From Cyanophora paradoxa CCMP329 (lineage: Eukaryota > Plantae > Glaucophyta), in assembly GCA_004431415.1 (NCBI GenBank), contig QPMI01000101.1, positions 62,001-126,000 on the forward strand: a DNA stretch of 64,000 nucleotides. Reading direction: 5' to 3'. Positions 12,936-21,115 of this stretch are shown piece after piece; the stretch's first letter is position 1; each line of letters opens with the position of its first letter. Position numbers and translations under genes: made by a program. The notes under the pieces were generated by a model. The model saw only the letters and a list, made by a program, of their open reading frames with translations, was not told the DNA's origin and did no database searches.

Positions 12936-13657
12936 CTAACCAGTCAAACCAGACTCCTCGGCTATCGAGAGGCTCAGCGATGCGTATCGGACGGTGAGGG
13001 CCAGGCGGTTTGCGACGAAGTACGAGGCTCCGAGCACGCAGGCCTTGCTGAAGTGCGAGTGCGACTCGTACACCGTGGCCGGTCGGCCGTTGACCAGGAG
13101 CGTGGCGCCGAGCGCCGAGACAGACGAGAGGCCGAGCGCCTCGATGACGTCGCCCGAGACGTAGGTGTGCGGCGAGCCCGTGTCGATGATGAATGGGGCG
13201 AACACGGCGCGCCCGCGCCTCGCGGCGACCGGCAGGACTGCGAGCGGCCGGCTGTTGGGCCGGCGATCTGGCCCTCGACGGGGAACGCGGGGCGGCGGTC
13301 CGGCGGGACTTCTGCGAGGTAAGCGACGCCGAACAGCTGAGCGATTGACTCCAGGTCGCTGCGGTCACGGATGTCCGTGAGCAGGACGTCGAACTGCTTC
13401 GGCGTCACGAGCGCCGGGTGCGCGTCCACGAGCCCGGCGGCCTGCATGCTTCTGAATAGGAGCGCGAGCGGCGCGAGCGCTGAGTCGATCTCAGAGAGCT
13501 CCGGCGACTTGTCGGGCACGTTGACCCGGATCAACCGAAGCTCCGAAAGAACGTCCGCGATGTTGGCCGCATCGCCGCGCAGGGCTGTGACTGGTCGGAG
13601 CCCGGCCGGCAGCGCGCCGAGCGCCGCTGCAGCCGCTGCCGCCTCGGCGCTTTCCAT
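12936..13657 (-). CDS. Intronless retropepsin-like aspartic protease (one frameshift near 13258)
   Basis: FIIDTGSPHTYVS catalytic motif and HFSKACVLGASY. Adding one base in the homopolymer joins it to the upstream MESAEAAA...GQIAGP frame. Confidence 0.8.
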
Positions 13658-13742
13658 CAAAGACCCTAGTTCGAGCCCCCGCGGGCCCGATTGGCGCCGT
13701 GTTCGCTGGCCCGGCGCTTCTTTCGCACGTCGACGGTGAGCC

Positions 13743-14360
13743 ATGGCGGACGACGCGTTCCCGCTGCTGTCTGACGGTTCGCGCTTCTGGCAGGTGATGC
13801 GCGGCGCGCGGGAACCGGCCGCCAGCGGCCTCAACGCCGCCGGCCACCTGGGCACTGTGCGGGCCGCGGTGTGCGTGGTCGGCGCGCTCGTCTGCCAGGC
13901 CCAGGAGCTGTGCGCCGGGGCCGGGGCGCCGGCGGCGGACGAGCTGAACGGGCTGGCGTTCACCGCCACCGTGAGCCTGGCGGCGCTGCTGGACAGCGTC
14001 GCGCACTACTGCGAGCGCGCGCAGCCGCGCGGCCCGTACCGCCACGACGGCAACATATACTTCGCAAGCTACCCGTTCGCGCAGAGCGATTTCCGATTCG
14101 TCGCGGAGGCCCGCGCGCGGCTCGGTGAGCTGGCGTTCGCCGGCAAGCCGTTCGCCACGCTCGTCAACGAGCTCAAGCACCACTGCCCGCACGTCGGCCA
14201 GCCGTCGCTCTTCGGCCGCACGGGCCACTACGACCTGCACGACGGCACGGGCCGCGGCTACGTGTACGACGTCCTCGTGCCGGCCTATCGGATCGCGCGC
14301 GACACCGTCGCGCGCCTCGCGGCCCTGTCGCCGCCGCCGCCCGGCTTCCCCCACCCGTGA
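13743..14360 (+). CDS. Intronless HEPN-like protein, paralogue B
   Basis: 205-aa ORF sharing LNxxGH, LDxVAxxCxR, YFxSYxFA, FAxxxNxxKHxxPxxG and PAYR with paralogue A. Confidence 0.8.
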   Translation: MADDAFPLLSDGSRFWQVMRGAREPAASGLNAAGHLGTVRAAVCVVGALVCQAQELCAGAGAPAADELNGLAFTATVSLAALLDSVAHYCERAQPRGPYRHDGNIYFASYPFAQSDFRFVAEARARLGELAFAGKPFATLVNELKHHCPHVGQPSLFGRTGHYDLHDGTGRGYVYDVLVPAYRIARDTVARLAALSPPPPGFPHP

Positions 14361-14374
14361 TGAATGCGATTATA

Positions 14375-14487
14375 CGACGCGCCGAGCGCCGAGCGTGCTG
14401 TATAAACCGACTCTAGGCGCCGTCACCGTGACGGTGACGGTAAACCCTGCGGAGTTGAATCAAGGGTTCGAGTCCCTGTCCGGTGAT
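14375..14487 (+). ncRNA. Island repeat copy 3, best-folding tRNA-like unit
   Basis: TATAAA at 14401; perfect 9-bp hairpin CCGTCACCG-TGA-CGGTGACGG; T-arm AGGG-TTCGAGT-CCCT; possible acceptor pairing CACCGTG/TCCGGTG with one mismatch. Confidence 0.5.
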
Positions 14488-14850
14488 TTACTTGCGGCAG
14501 TTGCATAGGGTCTGAAGCACGAGTGCCAGGTCGTTGTCCATGGAGACGCCAGTGAACGTGAGCGCGAGCCCTGACGTCATCGTGAGCTTTGCCGGGCCGA
14601 CGCGCCCGACCATGAACGTGAGGAGCAGCATCACCACGCCGAGCGGCGCGCTGCCCTTCCAGCCGAAGCGGCCGTGGAGGCCGCGGAAGGCCTTGTACAG
14701 GCCGTACGGCGCCGTCGTGGCCAGCAGCAGCACCAGCGCGTAGAGCGTCAGCTTGAGCTCGAGCTCGCCGCCGTCATCCTCCGCGGCCTGCTGCTGCGGC
14801 TGCACCGTCGAGGTCTGCGCGCCCGGCGGTCGTGACTCGGCGTTACCCAT
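14488..14850 (-). CDS. Small predicted N-myristoylated two-TM membrane protein
   Basis: MGNAES fits MGxxxS. Hydrophobic segments LTLYALVLLLATTAPYGLY and APLGVVMLLLTFMVG. Intronless. Confidence 0.7.
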   Translation of the reverse strand: MGNAESRPPGAQTSTVQPQQQAAEDDGGELELKLTLYALVLLLATTAPYGLYKAFRGLHGRFGWKGSAPLGVVMLLLTFMVGRVGPAKLTMTSGLALTFTGVSMDNDLALVLQTLCNCRK

Positions 14851-14885
14851 GGTCACTCATTGCGCTCGAAAAAAACGCGCGCGGC

Positions 14886-15005
14886 CCGTCGCCGACCCCA
14901 CGCGCGCCGACCGTCGAGCGTGCTATGGGATGAATCCGATCCGTCACGGGTCGAAGGCCCGCGGACGCGTCGCCGTCACCGACGGTGACGCGTCACCGTG
15001 ACGCG
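14886..15005 (+). repeat. Partial fourth copy of the island repeat with GTCAC/GTGAC palindromes
   Basis: CGCGCGCCGACCGTCGAGCGTGCT matches the copy-1 leader; CGCCGTCACCGACGGTGACG hairpin. Lies between divergent genes. Confidence 0.75.
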
Positions 15006-15251
15006 CGATCATGCGGGAAGCCGGAAAATGCGAGCGCGAAATGCCGCGCGCGCGTTTTCCTGCGGTCGCGTTTCCCGGCGCTGCGAACTGGGCCCCCGAA
15101 TGACCTCCCGAGCGCCGGCCTCCGAACCTCATTCCACTCGCCCAGCGAGATTCGCAAAGCCTCAGCGCTAGCTAGCAACGCACGGTGCGCGCGGTTTTCC
15201 CTTGGCTGCAAAACTTGGCTGACTTTTCCCTTTGCGCGCAGATCTCTCAAG

Positions 15252-18200
15252 ATGAACTCTGCCAAGTCCGACCTCAAGGGCAAGGGCGCTCTCACGGTAA
15301 AGGGATTTTGCCTTGGTGAAAAGCGCATGCCTTGGCTGATTTTGCCCGTTTTGCCGCAGCCCTCTGCGTACTTCACGTTGCTTCAGGAGTTTGTCGTCGA
15401 GCCCGATTTCCCCTTCGACGAGCGCCGCTGTTTCCGCCTCAACCACGAGGGCCTTGTGCTCGCCGTGCCGGTGCGCGGGGATTGGCTTGCCGATTGAATC
15501 GCCTCTAACTCCCGTCCGTCTTTGGCGCAGGCGGACAAGGCCACGTACGTCATGCAGCTTGTCGACAAGGATAAGCAGTCCCGCGTCCCCGAGGTCATCG
15601 ACATGACCGATATCGAGGACGAGCCCACCGGCCAGGGCCCCCCGCCCCCCGCCCCGCGCGCCAAGGGTCCGTGACTCTGCCGAAATTTCTCGCATGACGT
15701 CACGCTGACCTTTTCGCGCCGCAGCGGCCGTCCCCTTGAACTTCCCCAGCCTGGCTGCACCGGCGGCCGCGGCGCCCGTGGCGCCTGTGGCGGGCCCTTC
15801 GAGCCAGCCGGCCGCGGGCCCTTCGAGCAAGCCGGCCTCGGCGGCCTCTACGTCGGACGACGACGACGACAACGTGCCGCTGAACCGCTGTGAGCCCCGC
15901 CCCTTGCCCGCGTGCCTGCCCACGCTCACCGCCTTGCCGGCAGTGAAGCGCGGCCGGGACTCTGAGCCCGCCGCCGCCAAGCCCGCCGCCGCCAAGCCCG
16001 CCGCCGCCAAGCCCGCCGCCGCCAAGCCCGCCGCCGCCAAGCCCGCCGCCGCCAAGCCCGCCGGCGGTCTCGCTGCCAAGCTCGCCGCCAAGGCTGCCAA
16101 GTTCGCTGCCAAGTTCGCTGCCGAGCCCGCGGCCAAGCCCGCCGCCGCCAAGCCCGCGAGCCCTAGTGCGTAACCCTGTTTTTCGTCTGTTTGAATAGCC
16201 CATTGACTCCCGTTGTGCGCAGAGCCGGACGACCCACGTTCCAGCTCATCCCCTCGGCTCTGATTCCGTCGAGGCCGATCAGCCCGCCGGCCCGGCCCCG
16301 GCTGCCGCCGCCCGGCCCGGCCCGGCCGACGCCCCGGCCCCGGCCCCGGCCGACGCCCCGGTCGACGCCCCGGCCGCCGCTGCCAGCGACGACGAGGACG
16401 TTGTTGGTCGCCAGATTCGGGAGGCCACTCAGAAGCCCGGCGGCAAGGACTTCCTCGAGAAGGTCGCCAGCGACGCGTGGGAGAACGAGTCTGTGCGCGC
16501 CGAGTACGGCAAGCGCTACCTTGTGTGCGCATCGGAGCTTCGCATGGCCATCATACCCACGAGCCAGCCTGTGTCTCCCAACGCGCCGAAGAACTACGTG
16601 ACTCGCGAGTGCAAGGCCCGCATTGCCATCTGCAAGCGCACCGCAGAGTACGACTACGACTCTGGCGAGGTCACGGAGATCCGCGCCAGGCGCGGGATGG
16701 GCGAGTCGAAGATGATTAATGACAGCGAGAGCTCGTACAAGGTGAAGCTGGGCGGCCAGGACGTGCTCCTCACGTTCACTGAGATCGAAGCCATCAACCG
16801 CGAGCTCGTCCACTGGCCCGTCACTCTCGACAAGGACGGCAACTGCTGCATCAAGGGCAAGGCGCGCGACGCCGCCATGGAGCGCTACCTGGCCGCGAAG
16901 GCGCGCCTCAACATGCGGAAGACTGCCGCCCTTATGGCCGAGGTGAACCTATTTCTATTCAATCCGGCACCTCTAGATCTGCGCTGACTTGGCCGCCGCA
17001 GACCGGCGAGGCCGGCGGCAAGGTCTTGAACAGCAAGTTCGGCACGACCGTCCAGCCCAACCGCGAGCTCGGTGGCACTACGAACCCCCTCCTGTTCAGC
17101 TGCGGCTCGAAGGCTCGGCTGCAGGCTGCCAGCTTGACGGTGCGCCGCGCGACTGAATCGGTTCAATTTCATTCAATTGGCTCACTTTCCCGCAGATCGC
17201 CAAGGCGTACGTCGACCCCAAGATGCTGCGGGCCCGCGCGATCAAGGCGTTCGACGACACGTTCTTGGACGTCATTTTCCGGCTCTACTCGAAGCAGGAG
17301 GTGGCACAGATGGACGCGGAAGGAATCGTGAAGAGCGTCATCGCCGATATCAAGGAGGACTCAATCAAGTTCCTCGTCGAGGAGGGCATCGTGCCCGAGA
17401 AAATCGTTCTCGTCAAGACCCGCATCCACCGCGCCTTTGTGAGCCGCCGGCCGCCGCACGCGGCGTACATGGGCGTCTGCCGCCTTCTCGGCGCGCACAC
17501 CGGCGCCGCTGGCAGCAGCAGCAGCCCCGCCGGCGCCCGGCCCGCCCGCGGGCCTGGCGACCCCGCGGCGCCCGGCGCCGCCGCGCGCGGCGCCCGCGGC
17601 GCCGTGTCCGAGCCCGAGGCGATGGACGTCGACTCGGAGCCGGCGGCGGACCCCGAGCCGGCGGCCGAGTCGGACCACGCGACCGAGACCGAGGGCCCCA
17701 AGCGCAAGCGCGCGAAGACCTCTGCCGAGGAGCTGACGCCCGAGGCCAAGGCCGAGAAGCGGCGCGAGGCGAACCGCAAGGGCGCTGAGACCAAGGCCAA
17801 GAACGAGGAGGCGTGGGCCCGCGCCGTCCAGAAGGGCTACAAGTTCAACGCCAAGGAACTCGAGGTGCGCGGCTGAACTCAATCGCGCTCAATCGCACGC
17901 CTGACTCCGCGGCGCGCAGAAGGACACCCTGCCGAGCCGCGCGCGGCACGTCGACGACTTCCGCAAGCTCGTCGCCGAGAAGCGCGCCGAGTTCCTGGCC
18001 GTCGCGCGCCCGCTCCGGAACTTCGAGAAGGCCATCTCGAACGCCCGCGCCGTGATTGAGAAGCGCCTCGCGGCTGCCGATTGCAAGCCCAAGGAGAAGA
18101 CGGCGCTCCTGAAGAAGCTCGAGTCCGGCGGGGCGTGCGACAAGGCCGAGGAGGCCCTGCGCGACATCACCGAGGAGATGGTCGCGGGGTGGCGCCAGAC

Positions 18201-18555
18201 GATCGACGATCTCGAGTCGGCCTTCTTCACGCGCTACAACATCCCCAACTTCGCGCCCGTGGCGGCCGACTCTGCTGCGGTTGCTGCCGACTTCAAGAAG
18301 ATCGTGGAGGCCTCGCAGCGCTACAAGCGGCACAACCCCGGCTTCGGCCCCGCCCCGCCGTCGGACGACGACGGCTTCTTCACCGACGCCGACGCCGTTG
18401 ACGGCGACGCCGACGCCGACACCTTGGCCAACGCCGCCAGCGAGGCCGGCGACGCGGCCGGGGACGTGGCAGAGGCGCTGCTCTCGATGGCCGCCGAGGC
18501 GGCCGCCGGGACTTCGACGAGTAGGCAGCCTCTAGCTAGGAGTTGTGCAGTGTAA
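15252..18555 (+). CDS. Large uncharacterised spliced protein with PAAAK repeats, a basic NLS-like segment and a helical C-terminus
   Basis: Series of coding-like exons joined by GT-AG introns (e.g. about 15471-15530, 16943-17001, 17864-17919); KRKRAK motif; no recognisable domain. Confidence 0.65.
15967..16042 (+). repeat. 15-bp coding tandem repeat CCCGCCGCCGCCAAG (PAAAK) x5
   Basis: Directly visible. Confidence 0.95.
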
Positions 18556-18619
18556 ATAACTCAGTCAGTTTGGCTTATATTCGTGGCTTTGTTTGATCGC
18601 AAATACTTATATATTCAAT

Positions 18620-18859
18620 TCACACTCGCGACTCTGCCTTGGCTGCCTCTAGCACTACGCGCGACTCTGCTGCCTTGGCTGCCTCTAGCGTCGTCCAAAT
18701 ACTGTGAAGAAGGCACGAGAGCCTGTTTACTTCTGCGATCTGGCGGTCCTCGGCGCAGTCTTCCAAGTCGAGCGCCAGCACGGCGAGGTCCCACGCGGCG
18801 CCGCTAAGGGACTCGAGCGCCTCGGCCCGCGGCGACTCGGGCGCCCCGCTCGCGCTCAT
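18620..18859 (-). CDS. Small helical hypothetical protein
   Basis: 79-aa ATG ORF with an amphipathic pattern and a duplicated LEAAKA(A)ESRV tail. Confidence 0.4.
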   Translation of the reverse strand: MSASGAPESPRAEALESLSGAAWDLAVLALDLEDCAEDRQIAEVNRLSCLLHSIWTTLEAAKAAESRVVLEAAKAESRV

Positions 18860-18937
18860 GCCTCGGCCCTCGCTAGACGAGCGCGAAAACCTTGGCGCCG
18901 CGCGCTCCGCCCGCGGCCGCCGATCGCGACGGGCGGC

Positions 18938-19688
18938 TCAGGCGTGCGGGCACGGGCTCGCCGCGAAGAGGAGGCCCGTGGGCGGCGGCGGGAAGGGCGG
19001 CGGCGGGCGGACCGGGGCCCGTGGGACGAGGCCGCCGCGACGGCGAGCGCAAGCGCCGCCTGGCGGTGCTGGCCGAGCGCGGCGTCGTAGTGCGCCGCGA
19101 GCCGCCGCTGGCTGCCGTGGCACGCGTCGCAGAGCAGGTGCCGCTCGCACTGGAACATCCAGCAGGGCGCCCCGGCCGCGGGCGCCTCGTGGCAGGACGT
19201 GCACGCCTCGCCGGGCTCGGCGCCGCCGCCGGCCGCGCAGCGGCGGAAGCCCGAGGGCGCCGCGGGAGAGGGCGCCTTCGACGGGGCGGGCAGCGCCGGA
19301 GGCGCGCGTGCAGCTGCGCGATCTCGCCGTTCAGGTTCGCCACCACGGCCCGCAGCTCCGCGACGCGCCCCTCGAGGTCCGCGCGGGCGGACGCGCCCGC
19401 GGCGACCTGCGCCGCGAGCTTGTCCGCACGCCTGCGCTCAATGCGTGCACGCTCCTCGGCGGCCTTGGCCGCGAGGGCGCACGCGCGGCCGGCCGCCTCC
19501 TCGGACCGGAGCACCACCTCCAGGGCGGCCGCCCTGGCCTCCGCGTCGGTTGCGCGACGGGTCGCCAGCTCCACCAGGTCGACCCCGAGCGCTCGGGTGC
19601 GCGACTCGGCGCCCTCCGACATGTCAAAATGCAGCCGCGCCAAATCGCGCTCGCATTCCTCAAGGCCGATCGCGACGCAGCTCTTCAT
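18938..19688 (-). CDS. Coiled-coil plus RING-like zinc finger protein (frameshifted as assembled)
   Basis: Coiled coil, then after a frameshift near 19300: CTSCHE...WMFQCERHLLCDACH. After a second shift the protein ends SPCPHA. Confidence 0.6.
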
Positions 19689-20343
19689 GATAATGTGTGT
19701 GTGCGGGAGAGGGCGCCCCGGTCGAGGGCCGGCGCGGCAGATGGCCGGTCCGCTGGCAGATGGCCGGTTCGCCGGTGACGGTGACGGGCGGCCATGTGAT
19801 CATGGCCCGGGGCCATGCGTTCGATTTTTCGTGTTGCGGGGTAAGTGCGGTTAATTGTTGCGGGGTAAGTGCGGTTAATTGCGACACTCGGGCTCGTAAT
19901 TGTTTCTCCTCCTCCTCGCGCTCCCGCCACGCGCGCCGCTCGATCGCACGCGCCTCCGCCTCCGCCCGCGCCGCCGCCTCCGCCGCAGCGGCAGCCCGCG
20001 CCGCCTCCTGCGCTGCCGCGGCCTCCGCCGCCACCTTGGCCGCCTGCTCCGCCGCCGTCTCGCGCGCCGCGATGGCCTCGCCGCGGCGCCGCATCCGCGC
20101 CTGGAAGTCCTCCCTGCTCTCCCCGGCCTGCTGCAGCGCCTCGCGGTCCGCCACGTACCGCCCGCGCCACTGCCACGCGAAGCCGTTGGTGCGCGGCACC
20201 GGGTAGGCGAACTGCGGCATGCCCGGCCACGCCTCGCGGTGCCGGGGCGCGCGGGGCTTCGAGGGGTTCTTGTTCGGGCCGCGCTTCTTCCGCGGGCGCT
20301 TTGCCGTCGGGTTGGCCGTCGGGTTGGCCGCCGCGTCCGCCAT
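19660..20343 (-). CDS. Hypothetical protein with basic N-terminus and Ala/Glu coiled coil
   Basis: 227-aa ORF with KRPRKKRG NLS-like motif and a small aromatic domain (FAYPVPRTNGFAWQWRGRY). Confidence 0.6.
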   Translation of the reverse strand: MADAAANPTANPTAKRPRKKRGPNKNPSKPRAPRHREAWPGMPQFAYPVPRTNGFAWQWRGRYVADREALQQAGESREDFQARMRRRGEAIAARETAAEQAAKVAAEAAAAQEAARAAAAAEAAARAEAEARAIERRAWREREEEEKQLRARVSQLTALTPQQLTALTPQHEKSNAWPRAMITWPPVTVTGEPAICQRTGHLPRRPSTGAPSPAHTHYHEELRRDRP

Positions 20344-20441
20344 CGCGCCGCCCAGAGTGAGCTCGCCCCCGCTCGCCCCGCCCCTTTAAGGCCGCCCCGA
20401 ACCGCCCCCGCCCCCGCCCCCAGGGGTGGTTTCGGGCCCGT

Positions 20442-20530
20442 CGCCAACCCGACCCGCCACCCCAGACCCGCCCCGACCGCCAACCCGACCGCCACCCCGA
20501 CACGCCAACCCGAGCCGCCAACCCGAGCCC
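20442..20530. repeat. Subterminal GCCAACCCGA motif cluster
   Basis: Several direct copies; the same motif occurs at 11961 and inverted near 20307-20329. Confidence 0.8.
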
Positions 20531-21115
20531 CGCCCGCCGCGCAACCCCATTCGTCCGTTTTTCACGCCCCGTCCAGGGCACCCCTACCCCGCTCAATAGC
20601 CCGCCAATCGCAACTCAATAGGCATATATTCGGGTATATGTCCATTCACAGGGTGTGTACATATACGCATACCGCGCGTCCCCGTCACAATCACCCCCCG
20701 TCCCCGTGCCTCCCCGCACCCGTACCCCCGCACGCCTCGCCCCCACCCGCCCCCCGGTCGCTCCCAGGGGGGGTACCACCACCCTCGAAAAACGCAGGGT
20801 ATTAGGACGACAATCAGGCTCGAAAAGCACAACGCGAGCGCCCCCAACACTGCAGTGGGCTCGGTAGCGATAGCCGAGCCCGTAACCAAGATGCCGAGGT
20901 CCGAGCGAGACCCCTCGGCTAGCTAACAAGTCGTTCAGTCGAGCTAACGCGCTCCGAGGCGCTTTGCGCTTTCCTCTAGCCTCCGCGTTCCTCACTAAGC
21001 GCTGTTTGGCGCAGGCCGGCTTCCCGGGCCAGCCCCAAGCGGGAGCCCGGGAGCCCTAACAGGGCGTCGCCGACGCGCGCACCAGGGTCTCCCCTTCATG
21101 CTCCGGTAGCTAAGC

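Larger units (their letters stand above)
11614..20800. mobile_element. ~9.2-kb TIR-bounded cargo island (non-autonomous transposon or virus-derived element)
   Basis: Left end ACCCTGGGGATTTCGTGGGTCGGCGGTACCCCCCCGGGA versus reverse complement of right end ACCCTGCGTTTTTCGAGGGTGGTGGTACCCCCCCTGGGA (about 33 of 41 aligned positions). Subterminal motif repeats and compact genes unlike the flanking host genes. No TSD or transposase seen. Confidence 0.6.

Noticed and set aside
13250-13265. Programmed ribosomal frameshift in the protease or RING-like genes
   Set aside because: No slippery heptamer seen. Similar homopolymer indels occur throughout and differ between the two tandem copies, consistent with long-read errors.
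11955-14487. CRISPR array or bona fide tRNA genes
   Set aside because: Repeats are too long, spacing is irregular and gene-sized, and no cas genes are present. The tRNA-like fold has no proper anticodon arm.
11614-20800. Complete Polinton, virophage or autonomous DNA transposon
   Set aside because: No recognisable pPolB, capsid, packaging ATPase, integrase or DDE transposase; TIRs are short and there is no 6-bp TSD.
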